Positions 1 through 12,202 of a stretch of 64,000 nt of DNA are shown here, in pieces. Below the pieces are notes generated by a model. It was not told the origin of the DNA. It saw nothing but the letters and a program-made list of their open reading frames with translations, and made no database searches. Origin of the DNA: Amphiscolops sp. MND2022 (taxonomy: Eukaryota); NCBI GenBank assembly GCA_964187785.1, contig OZ076409.1:93064001-93128000 (forward strand), in the 5' to 3' direction. Made by a program: the position numbers and the translations under genes. The stretch's first letter is position 1. Each line of letters opens with the position of its first letter.

Positions 1-251
1 ATTGCATTCATTCACAAATGCTAACAGCAAACTAGAGTCATCTTCAGCGTGCTATTTGAGAAGAAACGGTGATCACAACAGATGATGAGTTGAAAATTGA
101 AAGGTGAATACAACATGATCGTTTTAGCAACGAAGTGGAAAATGTTTACAGTTTTAATTTAATTAGTGGAAGTTCTATAAAATTTACCAGCCCTATAATT
201 CTATGAAACTTACCAGCGGAAGCATACTAAATTTTCTATGTTTTGGACGAA

Positions 252-3200
252 CCCAGTGTTCGAAGCCATGGTGTCCTTGTCGTGATCTTGCCATGATCTT
301 GGCAAGAATACCATGGCCATGCAAGATCGTGCAAAGGCTAACCATGATCTCGGCAAGGGTTCCATGGTAGCAAATCCGTTTTTTGGTAACTCCTTTTTTC
401 TAATAGTATTGATTTTTATTACACTAGTTTCTATTGCATTCTCGAAATTTCAACACGTTACCTCAGTAGGTGAGTTATTAGCAAGATTAACAAATCATAG
501 CTAGAAAAGTTGGTTTTCACACCAATATCGTAAACCCGCAAGTTGCAATAACTTGGTGGTCAAGGGGGATGCCCCTCAGAAAATATTGCGAGGCCGGGGA
601 GGGTCCCGAGAGCCGAGCACATTCTATCAATTCCTACCTTCAGGATTGCGAAGTATTTTAACCGATCTCGAAATTCACCCGTAGGATTTGTCTGAAACTT
701 TGCATGTGGCTTTATCTCAAAAATTTAAGAACTTTTTTCTGCTGACGTTTTTCCAGGAAAATTCATTTTGTAGGGTTTTTTTGCGTTTTTTTGGTTTTTT
801 TCATCTTTTTTCATCTTTGATTAATCAATGACCGAATCAAAGGCCATTTTCACCATGAAGGAAAGCCCGTAGCGGCAAAGTGCACTTTTATGAAAATCAT
901 CAACGGTCAACGGTCTTTCGAACGGTCCAAAAAAATTTCCCCCCGGGGGCAACCAAAGTGCCGAAAAGTGCCAAATTTATTTTTTTGACTGAATCACTTT
1001 GATCAAATTGATGATTTGAGCAGCCGGAACGGTCCGCACGGTCTCGGACAATAGGGTCAAAAATTGTCAGCATCCAATGGGGGTTCCAAAAATGTAATTC
1101 GTTCACCTGCAGGAGACATCAGAAAAAAGTTGATTTTTGGGAGTTTTGGCATTATGACTGATCGGATGATAAATCATTGCATCACGTTGAGTTGCATTTG
1201 ATGCAGCACACGAAGCAGCTGCAGCGAACTTGAAACTGCTTAGGGGGGTAGGGTTTACTATCTGTAACAAGCAAAATATCCCTTGGGCAAAAGGTATGCC
1301 AAAAAGTGCCTCAAAGTGCTAATTAAGTTGTTGCAAATCGGCTTGCAAAATTAATTGTCACCGGTGTTCCGAGAGTTGCGCAGCATCTCGCAGGAACAAC
1401 GGTGCTTGTTTCGAACGCAAAACCCAACATACCTCTTTGGTGACGTGACGGAGGTCACCATTGGCCTTTTTCGGCAGTGTAATGATATTATTATTGTTGA
1501 ATTGTGAACAACTTACACAAAAGGTTTAGCGTGGGATATTTGTTTGTTTCATACTTCAGTAACAAACTTTCAACCGTTTCGTTTAGGCCTCTACCTAGCA
1601 GTGCTCTAAATCGCTCCATCGCTAGGTGCCAAAACCCAATGGTTTGCCAAACACTTCGAGGGCGGGGTAGGGCCCCCAGCCCGAGTCAAAAGTCGAAGAC
1701 TAACAACGTAAGGCGATTGCTGGGATCTCCTATCGATTTTCTAAACGAGCCGTCAGATTTGGCTGAAATTTTGCATACGGCTTCCTATAACAATCCTAAG
1801 AACTAATCCCTACTGGCGTTTTGCCCGGAAAATTCAAAAAGTGGGTCAAAATCTTAGTTTTTTGGTCGAAAAATGGCGTTTTTTTGGAAAAATTTTTTTT
1901 AAGAGCCCATATCTCGCTCCCAGGTGCCCGTAGCGACCAGACCTCGGACGGTACTATTGCTGGGCACTTCGTAAGGAGTCCGTAGACAAATTTTCGTCCA
2001 GATCGGATAAAAATTGATAGAGTAATAGCCGCCGATTTGGCGAATTTTTTCGACATTTTTCGAAATCCCAGTCTATCTCTGCCGTTTTTTGCCCAGATTT
2101 TTTTCCAGGACCTCTCCTAAAGACCTCCCCTGGCCGGTTTACCTCCCAGAAAAACCATTTGGCCCTTTTGCCGCAGTTTCAGCGTTCCAGGATTCCTTGA
2201 GTAAAAGTAAAATGACTTAGAATTTTTTCGAAAAATTTTCAAAAATTTTTTTTTCAACTTCAGGCCTCCCAAAGTCAAGAAACGTCCACACAACTAGTAT
2301 TGCAAGTGGATGCATGTGGAAAGTGCTCGAATAGACGAGAAAAATGAGCTATTATAAACCTCTGTAGCTTAACCTGACGTTGACTTATGACAATTTTAGT
2401 GTGAGCTTGCTATGTGAGAAAAAATTTCAAAAATTGAAAATCGAAGCTAAGTCGCATCCAAAACTCATCGGAATACGTTCAATCCATACCAAAGCGGTTT
2501 GTTCCCAGTTGTAGAGTGCAGCAACACCATTCAAGGTCATTTGACCCACTTTAATAGGTTTTGACTTTGTCTTATCCATCCGAAAATTCGAAACAGTTAA
2601 GTACATTCCATCTCCCCTCCGTGGGAGATGGTAATGTACTCGCAAAAAGCCAAGTATCACCGCCCTATTCTACCCGTAGTGGTGCTAGAAGAGCAGTAGC
2701 GTGAGCTCCAGGTTTGCAGTAGTCTCTATGTGTTATAATTATATTTTTCATAGCTAAAAATCTTACTAAACGTGATTAAAAAAATTACATCACTCAAAAT
2801 TTTTTCAAATATTATTATATGTCCCCAATTGACGCACGTCAACTATTTCACTAAAACCACCCTACCACCCGGCCCCTCGTATCTTTGTTCAACCGTACAC
2901 GTCTAGGTGGTCGGGGTTCTTCCCCACCTTAAGCTTCGAGGGCGGGGTAGGGCCCCCTGCCCGAGCCTAAAGCTTTACACCATCAACGTAAGGCGTTTGT
3001 GAAGAATAGAAGCGATTTTCTAAACGAGCCGTCAGATTTGGCTGAAATTTTGCATACGGCTTCCTATAACAATCCTAAGAACTAATCCCTACTGGCGTTT
3101 TGCCCGGAAAAATCAAAAAGTGGGTCAAAATCTTAGTTTTTTGGTCAAAAAATGGCGTTTTTTTGGAAAAAATTTTTTTAAGAGCCCATATCTCGCTCCC

Positions 3201-4575
3201 AGGTGCCCGTAGCGACCAGACCTCGGACGGTACTATTGCTGGGCACTTCGTAAGGAGTCCGTAGACAAATTTTCGTCCAGATCGGATAAAAATTGACTGA
3301 GTAATAGCCACAAATCGGACGCATTTTTTCGCAAATTTTTGAAAACCTAGTCTATCTCTGCCGTTTTTTGCCCAGATTTTTTTCCAGGACCTCTCCTAAA
3401 GGCCTCCCCTGGCCGGTTTACCTCCCAGAAAAACCATTTGGCCCTTTTGCCGCAGTTTCAGCGTTCCAGGATTCCCCGGGTAAAAGATAAATGACTTAGA
3501 ATTTTTTCAAAAATTTTTCAAAATTTTTTTTTTTCAACTTCAAGCCTCCCAAAGTCAAGAAACTTCCACACAACTAGTATTGCAAGTGGATGCATGTGGA
3601 AAGTGCTCGAATAGACGAGAAAAATGAGCTATTATAAACCTCTGTACGTCAACTTGACGTTGACTTATGACAATTTTAGTGTGAGCTTGCTATGTGAGAA
3701 AAAAATTCGAAAATTGAAAATCGAAGCTAAGTCTCATCCAAAACTCATCGGAATGGGTTCAATCCATCCCAAAGCGGTTTAATTCCAGCTATATAGTGCG
3801 CCAACACCATTCAGGGTCGTTTGACCCATTTTTATAACTTTTGACACCGTCTTATCTATCCGAAAGTTCGAAACAGTTAAGTACATTCCATCTCCCCTCC
3901 GTGGGAGATGGTAATGTACTCGCAAAAAGCCAAGGTCCTACCGCCCTGTTCTATCCGGCGTTGCGCCAGAAATGCAGTAGCATGAGCTCCAGGTCGTTTG
4001 CAGTAGCCTTTACGTGTGTTGTGACTTTGCTATAAAACTAACTATGTTACTAAAAGTGAAAAAAATTTCTCTTCAATAAACTTTTTTTCCACTATTAAAT
4101 TTACACGTTTTGTTGTCAAATACAATTACTAAACAAATAGCGCCCCCTTGTCCACTGTTCAACCGTGCACGTCTAGATTGGGAGTTTCTTTGTATGATAA
4201 TTTATGATAGTAGTAACGATGCGGTGCTGTCAAGTACCAAAACTCGGTCAATAGGTGCAAAGTTTTGAGAAGTGTTGGATATTTTTCAGTTTTAAGGAAA
4301 CTTTTTTCGATAAATAAAGGTTATGTCCGAATTTATCACAACGGCTTATTCGGAAATTGGAGACGACAAGAAATTTTTGTGAAAAGAATAAATTATGCAA
4401 TTAAAAGCAGCTCACATATCTTACCATGGTTATCTTGCCATGATCTTACCATGATCTTGACAAGCGTTCCGTGTATCATGATTTGCCATGATCTTGACAA
4501 AGGTACCATGGTTAACCATGATTTTGCAAGATTAACCATGATCATGGCAAGCGTTCCATGGCTTCGGACACTGGG
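252..4575. mobile_element. Non-autonomous DNA transposon (CCC..GGG MITE, CMC/EnSpm-like), interrupted by a 3.6-kb insertion
   Basis: TIR cccagtgttcgaagccatgg (252-271) vs ccatggcttcggacactggg (4556-4575); AA on both flanks (2-bp TSD); gatcttgcca-type subterminal repeats; interior 356-555 plus 4177-4555 is colinear with the uninterrupted relative at 39795-40609. Confidence 0.85.
556..4176 (+). repeat. Head-to-tail array of three related 1.1-1.3 kb units (556-1625, 1626-2906, 2907-4176), probably a rolling-circle (Helitron/Helentron-like) non-autonomous element
   Basis: Each unit starts GTG(G/C) and ends CTAG; GC-rich hairpin-like segment about 30 nt into each unit; units 2 and 3 are closely similar over most of their length, unit 1 is more diverged; no clear TSD. 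Confidence 0.65.
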
Positions 4576-4607
4576 AAGTTACTCCGCCTGAAGGCCTGCA
4601 GCATGTA

Positions 4608-4637
4608 GAAGAAGAAGAAGAAGAAGAAGAAGAAGAA
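4608..4637 (+). repeat. (GAA)10 microsatellite
   Basis: Direct read; adjacent ctttattc is AATAAA on the minus strand, so it may be a retroposon tail. Confidence 0.9.
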
Positions 4638-7600
4638 ACACTTTATTCAAAACTATCAGAAATAGTTATAAAAACCCAGGATCGTAAAAGATTCCAGCTG
4701 GCCCGACTGGGATCCTCAACATGATTGGTAAACAAAGTGTGCCGTTTGTAGAATATAAGAGATTTAATCTGCACTTGAACTGAGACAGGAATTTTTAACC
4801 GTCTTTATGACCTGTGCCCCTAATTAGCAATTGAATACCGTCTGGCAATCGCCGGTCTGACGAGTTTGTCATTTTGATTAGATACAGTTACGCAGTGCAG
4901 TCTTAGAATTAAAACATAATTTGAGTTCGCCATTTTATCCTATCACCTTATTCCTTCAAAAATTAGTTATAATCCTACAATACTACACAGTGGCACTGCG
5001 ATTTTTATCATGTTTTCCAAGCATTTGTTCAATAGTGGCTGTTTTTAAGGAACAATAAAGCATAAAGAGCAGTAAGAACGGGAAAGGAAACCATGTGAAG
5101 TTTGGAGACGCCACGCTTATTTCCGAGTCAATGATTTTAGTCACTGAGTCACATTGTTTTAGTCTCATCGGTACATCATGACCTAAAAAGACGCAACTAA
5201 ACACTCACGAAAAAATTTACAAAGTCCACTCCGTTTCTAGAAGGTGCATCTGCTCATATTGAAAAAACTTCATTGTTATCTAGTACAAACAATGAGATTT
5301 AGAGGATCAAACATCTATAACTTATTAAACACATGATAAAACCTTGTGAGAAGGTTTTCTCATCAAAAAGCACCATCTACGCAAAGTTTCAGAACAACCT
5401 TAATTTTACAAAAAGAGCCGCTACTTTACTCTCTTTTTGACTGAACTTTTTGCGACAAGTTTTCTGTTTGGTTCGATGGAAACGTTAAGCGCTGTGCGTT
5501 TAAGCGGTCCGTATATGATTCATCCATGATTCATGAATGTTCCATGGATGGGAAGACATGAAACTTTCAAGTTCCATGGATAGAAAGTCATAAAAAATTT
5601 CGAGAAGCCATGGAAATTCACGAGAAACCGTCGAAATGGAGGTCCAGTTTTTGGAAAATTATGGAAACTTATCAAGATTTTTGTTTTCACTTCCATGAAC
5701 AGAAACAAGAAGTTAGAAGCATACCTGTCGCGCATTCATTTTTTCTAGAAGCAGAGCTTACCTATTGTGAGCAAAGTCCTTATTTTGCAATGAGAGCTCT
5801 CTAATAGTGCGATATCAGATACTAGATATCAAATCTGACGGAATCAAAAGGCCACGGCAAAAAACGCCCCAAAAAGTGAAAGTCTCGGAAAAGCAAGAAA
5901 CAGATTTTTCATTTGATGAATTTTCGCCCAGCATATATCAGCCAACTGGAAACCAGTGGACACCCCAGGGCTACTGACGAAAGTAACTAAAAATCAAAAT
6001 CATTAAAACAAAAAATGAAAAGAAGACAAAAATATATTGAACTCAAAATGTTAACGACTATTCATAGGAAAAGTAATTCAGGGATTCCAAAGTCCGCTGA
6101 GTTCGAACAGGAACTAAGTAAACCACAAATTGTCCTGATTGAATAAGAAGATTGTGCTCTTTTAGCTTTTACGTAGTCGTAATTTATTTTGCGTTCCAAA
6201 AAGTGCAGCTCTTTGGATATTACCAAATCCGTTTTTTGTAGAGGGGCTTTTTTCGAACATGAAACTGATTTTGGACAGAATCATCTGGATGGCGAAATGG
6301 AAAAGGACCCTTTCGGATCTTTTTGGGTCGTAAAAGCTTGAAATTAACCCGGTGATCTAAAAGTAGACTCTTCAGATATTTTTAGATATTGGCTTAAAAG
6401 GCTGTAAAAATTCACCCATCAAATTTAACGTCTGTGGTCTGAGGAAAAAAATTTGTGACTGTGAAAGTAAGCCACTTACTCTCACTATCTGCTTTTCAGA
6501 GCTTCGTAAAATATATATCTAATTTACATACTTTGCCATATCCGCATTTAATACGTGAATCAGAATGTCTTAACGGTAGCTTACAGTCTTAAAGGATCAG
6601 TAAGTTTGTTTAGTTAACAAATTGTCCGGAAGTAGCCAAATTAGAAAGTTTGCTCTATTGCCAAGATAGTGAAATAACGAGGCAATTGGACTAAACAACC
6701 GAAATGAACTCCAACTACCTATAGTTTCGCTGGTTTTAATTTTAGCCGGTTATTTCCAGCTAAAGAAACTGAAACCAACTTAGTTGAACTTCAGGCAAAT
6801 GTTGTTGGGAAAATGCATACTATTGAAGTGAAGTTCTGTTTCGTTTTCTTACAAAAACAAAAATATATTTTTTCTGACAAAATGAAATTAGAAAAAGTAA
6901 TCGTCGGGCTTCATTGGTCGATCAAAAGTGTCGACCAAAACTCAGATGGAGGGACCTTTCTAGCCTGGCGGAAAAATTTCCACCTTCACTTAAAAACGTG
7001 TCAATTTTTTTCACATTGTGGAATGTTTTGACATGCCATTCGAATGGTCGGATTCTAATCCATGAATTATGAATAAATCATCGATGGAAATCCATGACTG
7101 TTAAAGATGTACATTTACAAAATGCCCCCCTCAGGTTTGGTTAAATTGGAGTGAAATTGAGATTTTTTGATTCTCAACTGGCAGGTATCTTGATTAGACG
7201 TCTACTTGACTCATTTGCTGAATTATTTATAAAGCAAGCACAGTTTGAGAAGTCCCTAAGTGTTTCGAGAGTCAATTTTTACCGCAGAAAATTGCATCCG
7301 AAAGATTATTGGAGACGCAAAAAATAACTTGTTTGTAAGTTGGTTCTTCGCTTAGGTTCCCCTCTTTACTTTGGTGTACTGGGAATTGTTCGAACGTAAA
7401 ACGACGCTAACTTATTCGAACGTTCAACGGTGCTAAAATGAAGTTTATTCAAACGCAAATTTAAAAAATTGCGTCTAACAAAACTCAAATTCTTCAATCT
7501 TTATTTTTCATCTTTGAAAAAATCGAACAATTCACATCGAGCTCAAATGTTTGTCATACGGTTCATCAGATTGGTATGAACTCTACCGCATTTCGGTCGT

Positions 7601-8228
7601 AAACTACCTGTCTATATTTACAAACAAAACTATAGATATAAAACAGTTATATCATTTGGAGTTCGATGCTACTACGTTTTAGTTACAAATTTTAATTCAA
7701 AGTTCTAGAACACATCGTATTCGTGAGAATACAACACGTTAAACCATTTTCTTTCGCTCTTCGCTCCATAAATTTCATGACTACTATCGTGTGAACTTTG
7801 GTGTGAAAAAAAAAGTTTGTTGAACATACTTCTCAGATCATTTTTCTGATCTGTTAATGATGCTCTAGGCAGCCTTGTTTTGGCGTTGTGTTTTGGAGGA
7901 GTGAGCGCTACATCGGAGAAAACTCCTAAAGGCAATAATGGCATTCCCTTCAATTTTTAAATTTCTTGAAATTTTCACTTGAAGCTCTTTGTTTAATTCG
8001 TATCGTATCCATTTATTCCAGCAGCTACGAAAACTGGAAAATGTGGAAGCGATAAACTTGAAAAAAAATCTACGCCACGACAGGTACTGAAAATTAGAAA
8101 ACATTCAAGTTATTTTTCTGAATCATGTTTTTTGGCTTGAGTTGAACTCAAGATGAATGTAGTCAGATAATGGATTTTAAAGACGACGATAACTGTTAAT
8201 ACAAGGTTAAATAACTTTTGATAACTCA

Positions 8229-9035
8229 CCCAGGTTTTCGATCTTTGTGCATCTCTGCTGGTCTGAAGGAGTTTTGCAGAAGTTTGCCGATACGTGCAGA
8301 TTCGAAGAAAAAACGACCTCATCCGAAACACAATAAAAACACCACAGCGATGTCAAACGAATAATAAAAATGCTTAAATCTGAAGAGAAGAGTCATTTAT
8401 GTCAAAACGATGAAGCAGTTTTCTGCAGCAACCTGTACATTTAGGTAGAGATTACAACAATGATCGATAAATTACTATAACGTATTCCGGGTTACCAGCA
8501 ATTACTAAAATTACTCCAACAAACCTTGCTCTCAAATTATTACAACAAGAATAATTTATCAACACATTTACCAACCCAGAAGGTTGCCATATGTCAAAGT
8601 TCATCCATCGAAACGAAGTCAATATGGCAAACGAGCATCTCAAAATTCAACAACCACTTCTGGAAAGTTCAAGTAAAATGGAAAAATTACGGTGTATAAC
8701 AAATACCGAACATTCTCCAGTCGTCTAAATTACCGCGATGAGTACAAATTTTCCTTCTCAATAAATTTGAGTGATGGAGAGTCTCACGTGACTAAACGTT
8801 GGTCAGCTAAAATACTTGATAAAGTAGATGAAGAAGTCCAAAAACGCAGTATACTGATTCCTCAGAAGCTGCAGAAAATCATACTTTTGCAAAAATCTTC
8901 ACAGAAAATCTGCACACTTCTGTAACGATTCTGCACATCTGTATGGTTCTTCAAGATTCAGTTCAACGATCTTTGCAGAACCCTGCAGAAAAATCCTGCA
9001 GATCTGCACAGATTTGCAAAGGTCGAAAACCTGGG
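8229..9035. mobile_element. CCC..GGG MITE, 807 bp
   Basis: TIR cccaggttttcgatctttg / caaaggtcgaaaacctggg; CA flanks both ends; interior 8470-8830 is an inverted relative of 32750-33090. Confidence 0.85.
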
Positions 9036-10530
9036 CAAACCATGGATTTTCATTCATACGTATTTTCAGATTTTGGCTGAAAGCTAGACTTGGGAAAGTT
9101 GCCAATAACGACGGGACTTTTGTTTAACACAATTGTCACAGAACTTGCTAGAATTTCAGAGGTTGAATAGGAGATATAATTACTAGAAATGCAATGGCTG
9201 TGTGAATATTTAATTGAATTGTAATCAATGTACGCATTGATTTCCAGTCTACTTGGACACTGAATGTGTATAGTTGTAATTCAATTTATTACTCAAGGAT
9301 AGCCTAGGTAACTCAGAGTGAAAAATGATATAATTTTGTGGAAGGAATCAAGAGAATGCATTTCGTTGCATTAATTCCAGATCGAGTTTGACTTGATGCA
9401 AAAAAAATTAAATTCTTTTGCATAGAATTCTCCATAGACTATTTTTTTTCAAGAACTTTTACGTGAATCACTTGCAAAACTGTCGGGAAATTGCGTATTT
9501 GAATCTATTTTCAGACGGTTCGGTCCAAATATCTCTACTTTGAGATCATTCATCAAAGCGACAGATTTGGTCCGGTGAAAATTGCGCGGGGTCTCAATCT
9601 GTTCCTTTTCAGTTTAATTCGTTTTCAATGAAGATCTTCATTCTCCTCAGTGAATAACTGTTGCTGTATCACATAAAATTCTGTACATTATATTTTATTG
9701 CCCATTTTTCAAGGTGATAGTTGCGGGGTGAGTTTTGACAAATTAGAAGTGTTCACAACTCTGACTGCGCCATGTTGTATAACAGAAATACTCTACATAG
9801 GGGCATTGTTTCTTGTATCCTTTCTTTTACACTAAGTGGTAGTTTACCAGTAGAGACTAAAAGTATACAACATGGTATGCAAGCATTAAAGAGCATCAGA
9901 TAAACTGATAAAGTAATTATTCAATCGAATCTAACAGACAGCTAATTGTCAATCAACAGTTTTTTTGCTTCATTTTCACGTTCTTCCGTCATTGACTGCA
10001 TAGCTGCCCGGGTCGACCCTCCATGGATATCTTAGTAAGATCTTGGCAAGATCTTGCCAAGATCTTGGAAAAATCTTAGCTAAGATCGTGACAAGATATT
10101 GCCAAGAATTGCAAGATGCCATGGTAAGATCTTATCAAGAGAGGCATGTTTTCAAGAAAAATCTTACTAAGAAGCCCAATATGGCAAGAGAAATCTTACT
10201 AAGAAATCCTATTTGGAAAGAAAAAAATCTGAAAGGAAGTCAACAAACATCAACATTTCTGCAGATTTATATTGTTAGACATTAAAACTTCTGTTAGCAA
10301 TGTATAAAATTTGGTTGAAGAGATATTTATTTAGCTGGTTAAATTGTTCTTTCAATTGCAAAACTGTCGCCAACAACGGCGTGAGAAAAGCCTTGAGCTG
10401 AATCATTCACCAAATTAGTGCAATGACCGGCCGTTTCTAGCAGTAATAACGCTGCTGAAACAGGCTCAAATAAAGCTGGAAATATGATTACTACAAAAAT
10501 TTCTGGATTTTAAGGTCATTCTTTTGTAAC

Positions 10531-10946
10531 TGTGACGTCATGATGCATGACATCAAGAATTTTATATTTGCTAAACTTCGTGACCTAATAGCATGACAGA
10601 TGTCATTCTAATCAGAAGTTAATACTTCATTATCGAAATGCTAATATTTCATTATAAATGTAATCCCTCCAAACTTCATCCTATAATGATTTGAAGTCTA
10701 TTTAATCTTATTATTGATTGATGTACTAACTAATTCTGTATAATCAGAGTAACTCGAATGTTGTAATCAACCAGTACTCTCATCTTGAAGAGAAAAGTAA
10801 TTCTGAGATCTCAGTCTAAGTAGTACTCCTCAGTTCAGTGAAAGCATAGCTAGCTAGACGGTATTCTGTTAAGACTTAGAAAAGAACTTCTTATGTACTT
10901 CTTAAATGAAATAACATTTAACATAAGACAAGTCTTAAACAGCTCA
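10531..10946 (+). repeat. 5' LTR (416 bp)
   Basis: tgtgacgtca...aaacagctca; no difference from 27953-28368 found on line-by-line comparison. Confidence 0.97.
10533..10658 (+). promoter_or_regulatory. Candidate U3 promoter elements: CRE palindrome TGACGTCA (10533-10540) and TATAAA (10653-10658)
   Basis: Motif matches within the LTR; function inferred from position only. Confidence 0.4.
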
Positions 10947-10948
10947 AT

Positions 10949-10963
10949 TGGTGCGACCACGAA
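10949..10963 (+). promoter_or_regulatory. Primer binding site (TGGTGCGACCACGAA), possibly tRNA-Arg related
   Basis: Begins TGG 2 nt after the 5' LTR; CGACCACGAA resembles the complement of animal tRNA-Arg(TCG) 3' ends as I recall them, with an extra TG. Confidence 0.65.
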
Positions 10964-11103
10964 AATTCTCTTCTCTCTTCCTCTCATACCTCAACTTCAT
11001 TCTTCTTGTACACAATTTCTTAACTTTCTCATACGCTATTTCTTCGTTCGACACACTGTTTCACCTCCTCTTTCTATTGTATATCGATACTAACTTCTCT
11101 CAT

Positions 11104-11379
11104 GGTTCTGACTACGTCCTTTCGTAATTCCTGTCAGTTATATATTTTCGGTTCTGACTGCGTACTATCGTAATTCCTGTCAGCAAAGATTTTGGTTCTG
11201 ACTACGTTCACACGTAATTCCTGTCAGTAAATTCTTCGTTCCAACCACTACAAAGTGAATTCGTGTTGGTTTATTTTTCATTTCCGTTCCAACCGCAGAC
11301 GTGCGATTCGTGTTGGTTTTTCAATCGTGCTATCCGGCGATTCCTGCTAGTTACATACTCTGGTTCTAGCCGCTTGGAT
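11104..11379 (+). ncRNA. Array of six structured RNA motifs in the 5' leader (candidate packaging or regulatory signal)
   Basis: Repeated 5-bp stem + ATTC(C/G)T bulge + 4-bp stem-loop with compensatory changes; copies at 11104, 11150, 11194, 11237, 11285 and a permuted copy at 11332-11379. Confidence 0.75.
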
Positions 11380-11726
11380 CAACTCCTCTCAGAGTTGGCA
11401 CATAACATAACATTTTCTCTCATCTCATAAAATAACCTCTTTCCTCCTTTCAACTCTTACAATACTCATAACCATCTTTTTCTCTAACTCTCTAATACAC
11501 CATAAATTTTCTCCTTTCTTAAACACTGCCGCGGATCAATAATACATCAATAATACATATTTCACATTTAGAACTTTTAATAGTACACATTTCACTTCTA
11601 GAACTCTATAATTAACCCTCAGTACAAAATCTCAGTATAACCTTTTAGTACAACATTTCAGTATAACACCTACCAAAATACAATACAAAAATTTCATATA
11701 ACTAAAGTACATTATTTCTTTTGTTA

Positions 11727-11846
11727 ATGCCTTCAGCTAATAAAATAGTACACTTTTTAATTCTTCTTTGGTTCTCTCTTGGTATCCTTGCTGGTATTGC
11801 ACTTTTCTTTGACAGATTTTTAGTCCCTTTTATACCAAGATTATAA
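11727..11846 (+). CDS. 39-aa single-pass membrane peptide (uORF1)
   Basis: Manual translation MPSANKIVHFLILLWFSLGILAGIALFFDRFLVPFIPRL; a 22-residue uncharged hydrophobic run. Confidence 0.5.
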   Translation: MPSANKIVHFLILLWFSLGILAGIALFFDRFLVPFIPRL

Positions 11847-11953
11847 TATTTAACATTAATATTTTACAATAGAAAAACAAAATATTAACCCAAACTTTAT
11901 ATAACTCTCAAGAATTATTACCCTATATAACTCTTAGAACATTCTTATTTTCT

Positions 11954-12190
11954 ATGATACAAGCTATAATACTTCCTCTTTTTGGCATTTTGGGAATATA
12001 TTACACAATTTCTACCTTATTATCACTAACATCCAATAAATTCCTGCTCTTACCTTTAACTCTAATTACTGTTTTCCTACAAATAGCATTCGTAGATATA
12101 ATACTTCCATACCCCATTAATTTTAACACAAAACACATTTTCACCCAATATCTATTTCCTATAGTAAACAATTTCTACTATGATTTATAA
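11954..12190 (+). CDS. 78-aa hydrophobic protein with two predicted TM segments (uORF2)
   Basis: ATG start; two hydrophobic runs; ends 12 nt before the gag-pol ATG. Confidence 0.55.
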   Translation: MIQAIILPLFGILGIYYTISTLLSLTSNKFLLLPLTLITVFLQIAFVDIILPYPINFNTKHIFTQYLFPIVNNFYYDL

Positions 12191-12202
12191 CGAAATTACA
12201 TA

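Noticed and set aside
11104..11316. CRISPR-like look of the leader repeats
   Set aside because: Linkers are only about 10-15 nt, repeats vary with compensatory changes, there are no cas genes, and the context is a eukaryotic retroelement
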